From: Chrysomallon squamiferum
Taxonomy: Eukaryota; Animalia; Mollusca
Length of the DNA stretch: 64,000 nucleotides
Reading direction: 5' to 3'
Assembly (NCBI GenBank): GCA_012295275.1
Contig: CM022672.1
Span: 2,542,001-2,606,000 of the forward strand
Each line of letters opens with the position of its first letter. Position 1 is the first letter of the stretch. The notes under the pieces are model-generated. The model worked only from the letters and a program-made list of their open reading frames with translations. It was not told the DNA's origin and did no database searches. Of this stretch, positions 25,221 through 38,822 are shown piece after piece. A program made the position numbers and the translations under genes.

Positions 25221-26712
25221 ATTGTAGTAGTTGTAGTATAACAATGAAAATTTGGCTATTTGTTGTAAATTCGCATACCAGTGACTGGTCAGCGCATTTC
25301 CAGGTACGTAGACAGGTAAGTAAGCGATATATCCAACAGACCTGTGTTTTATGTTTTCTGACACGTAAACAAGAATCGGGTAATTAAGTTAAGAATACCT
25401 GTAAGATGTATATAATTTAAGCAGATCTTATTTGAACGAGATTTAATACCCGTAAAGATAGCGATACCCTTAATGACAAAATGTTTCGTTTTTTTCCTTC
25501 CTAATTACAGAGTAAATGTTAACAGTTACATAAGTCAGTTTTCTCTTTCCTTTTAATCTGTATTACTTCATTTTTTTTCTTATTTGTTTTTAACTAAATT
25601 TAATTTTTTAAACATGGTAAGTAATCATTTATGAAAGAAGTAACATATAGCCTCAAAATATGTTGAGTTTGTTTTATTTGTACGTCTAATAAATAATTTG
25701 TGATTGTTTTAGTTTGTGTCTAGAGATCAGTCTTTGAAAATATTAAGACAATACAATGAAATAACATTGGAGATGTTGTGCACATGGTGTTTATTGTAAG
25801 GCATGCTTATATCTCACTTCATACTGGTGTGACTCATTAATATGGAATTCTGATAACCACGTTCAACTAACATACTTTATTGTTTGGAAAGATTAGTGAC
25901 AAAGATAAAAAAACAAAAAGTGTACCATCATTTTTTGGCTCATTCGCAGAACCAACCAATGCAATAAAACTGGACGTATACATTTTATTTTTATTTCATA
26001 TCGTTATAATACAGATAAAGGTTTAATTACTATTACAAGCGTTGCTACTTTTTCACGATCCTGCGTAATAATTTATTTGGTTATACGATCACATTACAAG
26101 AGATCAAGATTTAATTATTGAAACAGATCTCTCGTTTTTCATTCAGTCTTATATTTCATTTTCTTGTAATTTATTTTTATTTGGTTATCTGTTACCATCA
26201 ACTACAGACGAATGTTGTAAATACTGTTATAAAATCTTTCATTTTTCACCTCGAAACTACATTTTCACACCTGCTTTATCACTGGCGTTTTCGATTTCAG
26301 TTCTACATTTCTCCTTTGAATCGCGACCTCCTGCAAAGCATTATCGCGTTTCATACCTAGCTTATATTTCTGTTTCTCAGGTGGCGTATAATTCACGTCT
26401 ATCAGTTCTAAATTCAGCTGCTTATAGTAGATTCAAACAAAGAGACTGTGATCTCTCTGTGACTGGACGTACAAATCACAGCTTAGAAAAAGACTCTAGA
26501 ATAAAATAAAAAAAAAAAAAAAAATGAGGTAAAAATACAGATCACCATTATTCGTCCTTATTCTTACAAAGAGATCCATTGTTTCCCCAAAATAAAAAAT
26601 TATAAAGTCAAGATTCGAGTTTTAAATCTGATTTGTTTGGTTTGAATTGAATTACACGTTTGTTGTTTGCGTTTGTGTTTTTTTGTGTTTGTGCCTGAAT
26701 GTGTCTGTACTC

Positions 26713-26816
<104 letters not shown>

Positions 26817-27013
26817 GATCTCAATCAGTGTCTGATAACAATCACTGACTATCAATTTCGTCCATTAATTTACAAAAATTAGCTAAAGATAAATTAAACG
26901 TTTAATTCCAAAATAAATTAACAACACGCGCTTTTGCTGTTTTTGGCACGTACTGACGAATGATAACATGGGTATGTTTACATTATTTCGTTAAAAAAAT
27001 ATATTTTACTCAC

Positions 27014-27081
27014 GTCATACTAGTAACTGCATACTATCTGTACTACCTTAGCATTGATTAACGGTCTTGTGTATCATTTGT
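27014..27081 (-). other. Candidate 68-nt internal exon, non-coding or ending in a split start (ATG AC|)
   Basis: Near-ideal acceptor ttttcttctttcag| and donor GAC|GTGAGTA. There are stops in all three frames. Confidence 0.4.
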
Positions 27082-27190
27082 CTGAAAGAAGAAAACTAGT
27101 CAATACGTTATGGTTACAGAACAACAGAAATATTTTTAAAATTCGGTCACTGGATTTGCGTTTCATTTTTTGCTTTAGATTTCAACAGGC

Positions 27191-27225
<35 letters not shown>

Positions 27226-28504
27226 AGTGGTAAAGAAATCATTTCCCATTTTAAAGGGGGAAAAAATGAATACTCTGTAACTTGATTTTTTGTTATCATA
27301 AACCAAACTCTCGTTTTGTACATTTATTCATTAGTGAATTAAATAAGAAAAGTCGATGAAAGACAACGTCTTTTGTACAAAGGTAATTGAATTTCAGGTA
27401 TAACACCTTGAAAATTAACAGTGTATGATAAGCCCGTCAAAGTGTGACACTCATAACTGACATATGATCTCAACTGAGACTTTCTTATTAATCTGTTCGC
27501 GACAAACGAACAGGTTTCAATAAGTACAAAGAATGCTGGCGGATATAACGCAGACGTATAACAAAAGCAAAAGAGATATATTTCTAATAATATTAAGAGT
27601 ATATGAGACTGTGAAACGAGAGAATATATTTTTAATGAACATTTTATCGGTTAATAATTTTATCTATTTAGGAATGAAAAAAAGATTGGAAAATGTAATT
27701 CTTGCAAAGTCTACCTTAAATAATTTACTACTGTTGTAGGTAAATAGGCAAAGTCGCTCTCTGTCTCTTTTTCTTTTTACATTTTTGAGTTTATTCTATA
27801 CTCTGGCATGAAAGGAATAAGGCATAGTATTGTATGTGAGGTATCATCATTAGCAAACATTTATTCCTATTAGAACATAATCATGGACATGCACAGATTC
27901 TATTTTGATATAATAATAATAATAATAACAACAACACCAACAACGACGACGACGAAAACAACAGAATTCATAAATCACAGCTGGATCGACAACAGGTGAC
28001 AAAAGAAGAAGAAATATAAACCAGGCGGAACAAATATAACAATAACTATTGATTTATATAATGTTTACTCTAACACTGAATTTTTGCTATAATATAATAA
28101 ATAGGCATACAGCATAAACAACAATACTGATTTACTGTTTATAGTGCTGATTATAAATAATGAAATAATTTGCTTACAAAACTGTCGGCGGAAATTTCAC
28201 AAATGAATTAAGTGGTAAATCATATCAAAGTAAAATCTATTTATTTGGTCAAACAAACGCTGTATTCATCAAAAACTGGATTCAAATTCAATACTTGCGT
28301 GACCAAACAGTAGCATTTTCGTATGTAATTTAATACACTCATTACGTCAAACGATGATAAAGTGCAAAGTCTAGTCCAAACGATGTCAGGGTACACGAAT
28401 CGAGAAAAATGTATATTTAATAGAAGAAAGAAATTTAATATTTTATTGAACGATACAGTTCAACACACTGTTCAAGCACATTGTTGCAGATTATGTAGAT
28501 AATT

Positions 28505-28600
28505 AGAGAGAGGGAAAGACGCCACCATAAGGCAACGGTTACAAGTTCTTTCTTTTTTATTTCGGTTAGCAGCAAGGGATCTTTTATATGAATCTCTTCA
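28505..28600 (-). mobile_element. SINE remnant, Deu/Nin-type central domain
   Basis: TTAGCAGCAAGGGATCTTTTATATG is the reverse complement of CATATAAAAGATCCCTTGCTGCTAA, a core I recall from gastropod tRNA-SINEs. Related degenerate copies occur near 57170 and 57640 in this window. Confidence 0.6.
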
Positions 28601-29560
28601 CGTATAAAAGAGCACTCGTCGCAGTTTTGATAAAACCTTCGCATTTAGCATAACAGGAATTTAATGTTAAAGGTAAAATATATATAAAAAGAAGGAAAGT
28701 TAAAAGTTTAACTACGTAACTAGAACACATTAATTAACAGAAATGCTTGATAAAGAGAGTGATGTAATTCCTAAAAACAAATTAAAAAAAGAGTTTAGAG
28801 ATAGATATTAAAAAGATCTTTGAGTCAGTCTCGTTTAACTGTAACCATGTGGCTGTTACTTTAAATAATTTCATGAAGTTTTATAAATTCAGCGGTGATT
28901 ATATCTGAATTTTTTAATTTTTTTAATTTTTTAATTTTTTTTTTTCTAAATTCTTTCAGTATTTAATAACAAGAAAACAAATGGCAAACAGTCCGAATAA
29001 AAATATATGTGACAAACCTACGAGTCTTTCACTGCCATCATGTTTTCATATGACATTCCAAAAGACACGAGATACCGTATAAGGGTTAGGTTGCAGACTA
29101 CAGATAGAATTATGATGTTTAACAAAGTTGTACGGGTGTATGTGCGTGTGTAAATAAATAAATACTTTTTTATGGCCAAATCTTTTTCCATGCCATGAAT
29201 ATACCGCAGTACAATAGATTTTCGTTTTCGAAATTCAAATCAAGCGATGTCAAAAAATGATTATCATTAACAAAACACTGAAACGAAAGTGTTAGCTAAA
29301 ATCATCTTATCGTCAAGCTTCGAAAATATTTATTTACCTGTCTGTATAAGTATGATATATCTTATATTTACTTTCCTCTCAAGCTGAAAAAAAAAAAAAA
29401 AAAAAAAAGCTATCATTCAGGTCTATAATCTTCTTTTTTTTTTTTTTTTTTTTAACACATTAGAGCACACACATTCTCTAAACCAAACAAAAGATTTGTT
29501 TTCATGGGCGCTATAAAGAAAAACGAGTGTTGATGTTTAATGGAAAAAATCTTCACTTAC

Positions 29561-29668
29561 CGACTGTAAAATAAACAAACAGGTACACCTGCCTGAAAGC
29601 AGAGTACGTGGGAACGAGCGAACTGCTAGGAATTCCGTAACGTCAACGGTATTGTAGGTAGGATCCAT
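29561..29668 (-). other. Candidate exon ending at a strong donor (TCG|GTAAGT); possible start MDPTYNTVDVTEFLAVRSFPRTLLSGRCTCLFILQS|
   Basis: The ATG at 29668 is open for 36 codons to the donor. An alternative reading is a short CAG|gtaatg...ctttcag| intron followed by a ~32-nt exon. Confidence 0.25.
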
Positions 29669-30054
29669 TACCTGTTTGCACCGGGACGATTAGCAGAGAA
29701 AACTGCCGTGGAAACAAAACGACCCCAACAAAGTCAGGATTGTTGCTGTTGCTTAGTGGTTGTACACACCTGCGAGAGTAGAGTCTGAGGTGAAAAAGAA
29801 TAAATAATAAAAAGAGTTCGTTTTTATGTTTGCTTTTGAGGTTTTTTTATATGGTGTGTATGTATGTAAGTATCTGGGAATGTAGGTTTTTTTGTTGTTG
29901 TTTTTTATATAATGTATGTGTATAATATAGATATGTATAGGTACGTATCTACGTATGAATGTGTGTATATATGTGTGTCGGTGTGTTTGTATGTGTGTGT
30001 TTATGAACCCATCTAATATTACGTGTTTGTGTGGGATATTTATTTATCTCTTCA

Positions 30055-30112
<58 letters not shown>

Positions 30113-31286
30113 GCTGTTGTTGTTGTTAAACCATCTTATCTCTTAAATTTTATTAAAAACGAAAAAACAAAGTCGCTTGTTTTAATCATGATACAATTAC
30201 CAAATATAACTGTATTCTTGCTGATATTTCATAAAGAGAATTATAACTGTAAATGTTGTGATTTCCGAAAGAATAAAACATCATGGTCACTATCAGCGTC
30301 ATTCACAACCATACAAATACTTACAGTAAAAGTACCAACCTGAAAAGAAAATCAAAACAAACCTTACTTGCACATCTTCAACTAAGACATCATCAACAAC
30401 GATATGACATCAACCTCAGCAACGTCTACATTTCCAAACCATTTTAAAACCATATTCACCATTATCCCCATGGACGTCATCATCATAAATATTGTTAATG
30501 CCAATCATTACATATTATTTAACATAACGCAATAAATATTTTTATTTAAATTAAGTACTAATAAGGTTTTCATTATTTAGCGATTTCGGCTGTAAAACAG
30601 AAATAAATTTTTATATTATATTCAATGACCTGAAATTAAACGTCTTTGGAGATATAACGCTAAGCTATACTTCAAAAGCATCACGCAGTTATTTCTGAAC
30701 TTCAGAAGTAAACCATTCTATTTAAATATCTCATGCTTAGACCTTATTTAACGCTCTTGTGTCAGTGTGTTTGTCTACCATCAGATTCCTAGCATCTGTT
30801 TTGTGTGGCAAACAGATAATTAAAAACACTGCCTCTGTTTAGCACAGATTTTTTATTGTTCTTGTTTTCAACCGAGACATAGAAAGAAAGATAAAAATAA
30901 AGAAAATAAGAAAAAAATAAAGATTATAGTGATGTTTCAGTCAGCATCAGTAAGAAAAAAAAAAAGACACGAAAAGCAAAATAATTAATAATCTTCTTAT
31001 AAAAACGTTGACATAAAAGAAATGAAAATAATAGAAAAAAAAATGATTTAAGTTAATTAAAAAGAAAAGAAAAGAAAAGAAAAAACAAAAGAAAAGAAAC
31101 AAACAAAGAAACAAAATCTACGTAATAATACCATGAGAATAAAATATAATAATACTGTAAAGAAAAATTTTAATAATCTGTCCAGAAGGCCTCTAGTTAA
31201 GTTATAAGAAAAAAAGATAATTATATCAAACAATAAAACAATACGACACGCGTGCAATTTCATCGACACCCTCTGCACAAACTCAC

Positions 31287-31600
31287 ACCTGCCACTGTTC
31301 GATTTCTTCGTCATGGAGCCAATTCTGGTACCAACGCGTCCTTCAGAGTCCACACTGATGTTGATTGTCATTCACCACAAATATTTGAACAGAAAATCTC
31401 ATTGATCGGCTGATTTTTCTTATCATCGTGTGCCCGGACCTGTCTTTGTCGTGTTGGCATAAATGTTCGAAGCCTTGTTCCTGGTTGGAATCGATTTTTT
31501 TCGGAGAACGACAGTTCATTCATGCTGGCCCGGCAACAAAATGCTGAGTAATCAATGAACATTTGCTGTTCCGCAGGATAGGAAGTTGTGCTCAGAATTT
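31287..31600 (-). other. Candidate 5' exon with uORFs; last ATG gives MTINISVDSEGRVGTRIGSMTKKSNSGR|
   Basis: A ~320-bp block of balanced composition between A-rich tracts, ending at GCAGGT|GTGAGT (or CAG|GTGTGA). Two upstream overlapping ORFs of 58 and 64 aa. The 5' boundary is approximate. Confidence 0.35.
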
Positions 31601-31622
31601 GAAATTTTCAATACGTATCTAG

Positions 31623-31657
<35 letters not shown>

Positions 31658-32339
31658 ATCGTTTGCACATGGATAGGTATGGAGTTGACATTTATGCATG
31701 AATAACTAATTTGCATCATTCATTAGAGTAATAATAATAATAATAATAAGAAGAAGAATAATAATTAATTAATTTTATCTTGAATTATAACAGACGCAAT
31801 TATGAATTTCATCATTAATAATTAAAGAAAATAATGATTAAAGTATCCTGTATATTAAGAGGAATCATAACGAATAATTAAAGGAAAATAAACTAGCTTC
31901 ATCTAGGGATAATTAACGATATAATAAGTGAGAACGAATCAAACAGGCACATATATTTAGATTTTAACAAATATAAACAGATAATTATAAATAATGAAAT
32001 ACATCATCAAAATATGTAATGACAAAATGGATGAATTAATTAATGTGAACAGGTACATAAATATCGACTAGAAAATTAATTGGATGTATGACAGTGGTTA
32101 TTAATAATGATTACTAATAATGTATTTGTATAATTACTAAATATATATTTACTAGCATATGCTGACGTATATTCAGGTTAAACGCACATATTTCTACGTG
32201 AATAACATGATGCATACTGATTAAGGAAAACTAGATGGGTTGGTACCGCTGTGGATAGTCAAACAATGTTTTCAATAGCTGAATGACGCCTTTGAGTAAC
32301 TAGAAGGAAGTTGATCAATGAATAACCTGATTTTTATTA

Positions 32340-32560
32340 TGTATGTATGTGTATGTACGTACGTAAGTAGGACTGTATATATGAATGTATTATGTATGTA
32401 TGTATATGTGTGAGTGTGTGTATGTATGCGTATGTATATGTATATATATATGTATGTATGTATGTATGCATGGATTTACGTATGTGTATGTATGTATATG
32501 TATGTTTGTATGTATGTATGTGTGTATGTGTGTGTGTGTATGTATGTATGTGTGAGTGTG
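32340..32560. repeat. (TATG)n/(TG)n compound microsatellite
   Basis: Degenerate TATG/TG repeats. Confidence 0.9.
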
Positions 32561-32937
32561 CTTGGAAATATCACTGGATGAACAGCTATTCACACTTTCT
32601 ATCCGGTAAAATGACGACGTGGTACATGGTCGCTGGATATCGTTATTCAAGTATTTTATGAACTACAACAAGGTTATAATTATCGTAGAGCACGCTGTTT
32701 TTACGACACTGTGCAGCTGACATTAACATGGATCAGTTTACACTCAGTGTGTCCTTTTACTTAATATAGTATTTATCCATATTAACTAAAGTCCTAATGA
32801 AAAGTGAAAATAACTGGTGTAACATTTTAAATCGGTTTTTGCAACATTATTTCTATAATCACTTTTGTTTTTAAAATGTAACGTCGTGTAAAGGCTTTGT
32901 TTTTATATATGAAAAACATCTGATGTTCTGTGTTATT

Positions 32938-33284
<347 letters not shown>

Positions 33285-34257
33285 CCTCAATCGCGTCTCT
33301 ATCGCCCTATCTCCAAAGATATCTTAATCGAATTACAACGTTGACCATTTCGTATCAAAGCGTAGTAAACTTATTTTATATCTCCTTTGAAGCAAGACCG
33401 AACATTGGCAGTTTCTTACGAGAATCACGCGAAATAACAGGCCTGGTTTGCGAATCAAACCGTATATAGCATGGCCATCCTTTCATCATCACGTCATTCG
33501 CAGTACTTCTGAAGACAGTATTGCTAATATAACATGCACTTCTTATTAAGTCCATCAGGCCGAAATTCCTAGCCATAATGGATGAAATTCCTCAGGGAAT
33601 TTTGGCGAAATTGTAATGGTAATTCTGTAATGCACTTTGTTTCGCGCAGGCCTGTCAAATCAGATATTGGTGTTATTAAACACTAACCTCTGACAAGCAC
33701 AGATTTAAAGATTGCAAACCTTTATTTAATAAATCAGTTGAATGATTTTTTTCCCCCCCATTTTGCGCAAGGATATTCCAATACATTTATTCAAAGCCAG
33801 AAAGCAGAAAGAAGAAAAAAATAATGAGTTTGTGCATTGGTCTAAGCTGTAAATGTGTGATATATGAAACACTGACATAGGCAATAAAATAAAATAAAAT
33901 AATATATGAGTTTATTCACTGAAATGAGAATAACTATGTAATATATGAATGTCTGATTCTGGGAAAAAAGTAAAGAAAAGGAAATTCTTTAAACGATTTT
34001 TTTAGATAATACATTAGTCGTAATAGAAAATAAACATTTTGGACTGAAAATATTGTAACTGTTTTATGAAAGGAATAATAAATATAATTTAACTTCATTA
34101 TCTTTCGCTGTTGGTTATGTAACTGTCCAGTTTATGAACAGTTTAATGAAATGGATGGTTGAGTCATACAATTGGTCAGATAAGGTTATTATTTTTTCTT
34201 TTATGCATATGATTAATTAATTAATTTATTTATATTTTTTATTATTAGTTGTTTTTT

Positions 34258-34288
<31 letters not shown>

Positions 34289-35129
34289 TCGGTAAGGACA
34301 GCTATGCACATATAATGTAATAATATATTCCAAAGATTTATCAGTAATTATCATTATTATTATTTTCTGAGCGTGTTTTGTTAAGGGAGAGAGAAGTATG
34401 ATTTTTCATGTTTTCAGCTTACAAAGAATCTCTATAATGCTGGCACCAAGCCTTTAGCAGATATAGATTAATCACCGCAATTACTCGGTGTCGAAAACAA
34501 TGTACAGCTTTCTCTCAACCAATTCAAGGCCTCGCAACAATAATGCACTGTACTCAAAGACCTGTGTGAATGTATTCCTGTGTGCACGAGAATAATCAGG
34601 ACCAAAAACCACCCAGCTTGTATTATTCTGTACGTGTGTACACTTAATGAAGTATGCTGGGTATGTCGTTACATAGATAACGTTATAGTTTCGACAAACA
34701 CGTATAAACTGAGGTTATATTATGATGATGTTATTTGGGCAGACTCATTACTGTATTTTTGTTTATTCTTAGTAACGTCAGCAAATTAACGAGGTTTTTT
34801 TATTTTCATTTTTACTTTCATCTTTGTTAGTTTACGTCTCCACCCAGACGATTTGATTGCTGCTTCATTGGCTTGGTATTCGACTGTTCTTTCTGATGTC
34901 ACGTAGTCGTATTTGCATTCTGGCTGTGTTTACAAGAAAAATCCATTCTTACTATTATGGTTCTATCAAAGAATATTTGTCTCAGAACTTAGTTTAAATC
35001 AAGCATCCGTGCATATCTCTGATATTATGGAAAAACAGATTTGGAAACTGCGTTGCCACGGTTCCTGACTGAAGCTAATGGAAAAGGAGTGGACACAGAA
35101 AATATCTTTATGCAGCACTGGACTGGAAC

Positions 35130-36140
35130 ATTTGTTATTGAAGTTGGCAGTTCCCCAGCTTACTGCCTTTGTTGTTGATGACGTTGATGTCACCACCTTT
35201 GTTGTTTGTGTTGTTTTTATGCATTTCTTCAGACTTATAAACATTCTCGTCAAAAATGTGTTGATTTTTGCTATGGATTGAAATAGTTATTACAGATATT
35301 GCTGATTTCTCTGCTGCTGTTGGTAGTGTCATTGTTGATTGTATTTTCCTCAGTGCTACTTGTATTGATTATAGTTGTTTATATGTTCAGAACATTAAAA
35401 TACAGAATTATGATCCCGGATTTCTTCATTTAATGTTGGATTGGAACCTTTGTTATTGCCGTTTCAGTTCTGTGGTTATCACTGTCATTGCTGTACAGAT
35501 TTCAAAAGATTAAGCTATAAGGCAGTGATTCGGGATTTCCTATTTTCTAATTTATTGCTGCTGTCTCCCATATGACCACATCTGATTTTACTGTTTTTGT
35601 TGACGTTATCCTTGTAATTACATTTGTTGTTATCAATGATTTTGATACTGAGTTTACTGTAGAATACATGAAGCTATAACGTAGAGATTCCTGGTTTCGT
35701 CTTTCTGAACTTTATTGGAACAAGCACTGTTTTGCTGTTTCCACTGTCGTTACTGATGCTTTTACTGGTTTCGTTGGCGTCACTGTTTTTGACATTATTG
35801 CTGTTGAAGTAGACATTTATAAAAATAAAAAAATAAAATATATTATTGCATAATGATTATGGATACCTTTAGTTTGAAGTTCTACGAATCAAACTTTGAT
35901 GTTGCTGTTTTCTTTACTGCTGCAGTTGCCTTTACTGTTTCTGACGTTATCGTATAGTTGTAGTTGTTGCGGTCGTCACTATTGTTGATATTGCTGTTGC
36001 TGTAGGCATTTCAAAAGGTTAACCTGTACCATATTTTTCTGCTGTTGTTGTAACAGCTACAGTTGTTGTCGTCATTGTTGCTGATGTTGGTGTTGCCTGA
36101 ATACATCAGAAAACGAAGCGATTACATTCTGATCCAAAAT
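35130..36140. repeat. Ancient degenerate tandem repeat, period roughly 150-190 bp, GTT/GCT-rich
   Basis: Related motifs recur: attgctgtacagatttcaaaagattaagctata (~35490), gaatacatgaagctata (~35660), attgctgttgaagtagacattt (~35800) and attgctgttgctgtaggcatttcaaaaggttaa (~35990). Confidence 0.45.
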
Positions 36141-36444
36141 GAAATTGAACTGATCAGCATAGAGGAATTTAATACTTGGCATCCTGGCGTTTTAACTGCC
36201 ACGAACACGATAAACCGAACTGCGACAGACACCTACCAGTTCTATGTTTGACAGAGGAAATTAGAACAATTTTTAAATCTCCGATAAGGAAATGGCGACG
36301 ATTTCTAATTTCGATTGTAATTGATTCTCAGTTTATAGAGCGTTTTTCGACAAGTCACCCACCATTCACTAGCACAACACATTTTACTTACTATACCTCT
36401 GTTGTTATTTCAGTTTCGTTCTGTTTACTTTCTTCATGTTGTAT

Positions 36445-36713
36445 TCATTATTATTATTGTTGTTGTTGTTGTTGCTGCTGCTTTTGTTGTTGTTGTTGTT
36501 GTTGTTGTTGTTATTATTATTATTATTATTATTATTTCTCTTTTTTTTTTTGGTTCCTTTCATTTTATCTATATATCTATCTATCTACCTACCTACTTAT
36601 CTACCCATTTCTCTACCTATTTGCTACCTTCTTACCTATCTATCTAACTATTTTTATCTGTTTCTTATTTCTTCTGATATATATATATATATATATGGCT
36701 CTCTCTCTGTCGC

Positions 36714-36752
<39 letters not shown>

Positions 36753-36925
36753 TACACACATACTTATATATATATATGTGTGTGTGTGTGTATATGTGTA
36801 TGCATGTGTATATGTATACGTGTATCAGGTTATTAATATTTTTTATAAAAATAGCTTTATCACTTTTTATTTCAATTTTTCATTTCATGTTACGTATGTA
36901 TGTATGTATGTGTGTATATATATAT
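36445..36925. repeat. Mosaic of (ATT)n, (GTT)n, (CTAT)n, (TA)n, (TC)n and (TG)n microsatellites
   Basis: Directly visible; source of the poly-C/Y/L/V ORFs at 36176-36988. Confidence 0.9.
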
Positions 36926-37525
36926 CAAAATGATCATTATTATTATACCACCGCCATCATAAACGATATAAATAACTTCCATTTATGAAAGTAACTTCTA
37001 TAATTACATGAAAATGAAATAGTGCCAGAAACCTTTTACAAAATACAGTTACCTAATCAAGTTTATAACTTCATTCTTTTTTTCTTTTTTTTTAATTACT
37101 TCGTTCAATTTCCATAACATCTACAGTGAAATCAGTACATGACACCAGCTACTACAACACGTTTAGGCTTTTAGCACGAGGCGTTGAAACACACGTCACG
37201 TTTAACGAGAACGTGTTAATAATGTGAGAAGGAGCTGTAATAACTGATATCACATGTGACACACCCCAGCAGGGATTCCCTACCCAGGGGGCTTGTTCAT
37301 AGGCGACCACATGACGATTTAATTGTTGCCTGGCAAGAAGTCAAACGTGCTCTCTCTGGTCGTTTTAGTTATGTACGCTGTTAGGTAACGTAAAGTAGTA
37401 ATAAGTCCTGTGCCTGCTTGGGCTTGCTTCCAGACACATTTCGGTTCCTTTTGGGTGATTTATGTGCAGGTTTTCTTCAGAAATAAAGAAAACAATAATA
37501 TTATATGAGAGAGAGAGAGACAAAG

Positions 37526-37696
<171 letters not shown>

Positions 37697-38182
37697 GGAT
37701 ATCGAAAAATAGGAAGAGACGGCAGAGAAGAAAAGAGAGACAGCCAAAAAAAGACAGCCATAGAGAAAGAGATAAAAAGAGAGAGAGATAAAATGATGTA
37801 ATAATTTCATTTTCAGAGTCGTTCCAGAAAATCTGTTCTTTTCATCAGCCAAATGGCAATATATTTTCAAAATGTAGCAGTTATTGTTAATTGATTATGA
37901 AGTTTATTTTCTTTCAATAGAAAACCAGTTCAACTTTGCACCGTGCAGGTGGAGTCCGTGAAAGAAATCATTTTGCTTTCTGGCATCTACTGAATGAATG
38001 ACGTCAAATAAATAATCATAATCAGCTTTCTCACTCATTAAATGTGTTCTAAATTAGATTAACACATCTCAGTTATATAACCTAAACTAGCGCACTCGCC
38101 CAAGCAGCAGATAAATCACTGATTTATGTCAAATATAATTTATTCGTTGTCAGCTTATGTGTCTTTTGTCGAAATGATGAAG

Positions 38183-38243
<61 letters not shown>

Positions 38244-38751
38244 CACTCCCCTTCTTCCTCTCTTCACACCCAACCATCACCAGCCAATCAGAAAGTAATT
38301 AATCTTCCGAGTTGACACAGAATTCATTAAGGCCACGGAACTGGAATGTCCACCGTGCTCTCAAAATAAACTTACAATGGGCTCGTAATTCATTAGATTA
38401 CGCTGCTTATTCTCTGTCAACACACAGTCGACGAAATCGTAATCCGCAGTAATCTACAAAATTCGTGCTAACTGCAGCCAGCCAGTGCTGTCACCAGAAA
38501 CAATTTATTCTGCCTTACAACTGCCAGAGTGTCCATTAATACTTGAATAATAAAGACTTTTGTTGGCACTTGTCTCTGTGGTCCGTAGGTCAAATGGCCT
38601 GGGCTTTAATTAGGTCGATGGGTACCGACCTGTCCAGATGATTCAGTGGTCAGATTACACAGTTTAACATCTATCTGTCTTTCTGTGTTTGTCTATAGTC
38701 ATTCAGACACAGACACACACACACGTGTATGCATATACACTCTCCTCTCTC

Positions 38752-38822
<71 letters not shown>

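Noticed and set aside
21700-25387. Three overlapping ORFs of 1012-1159 aa (F/L/S/C/V-rich) and many K/R/E-rich antisense ORFs
   Set aside because: All three plus frames are open because the satellite's plus strand has almost no A and so cannot form stop codons. The peptides are repeat translations.
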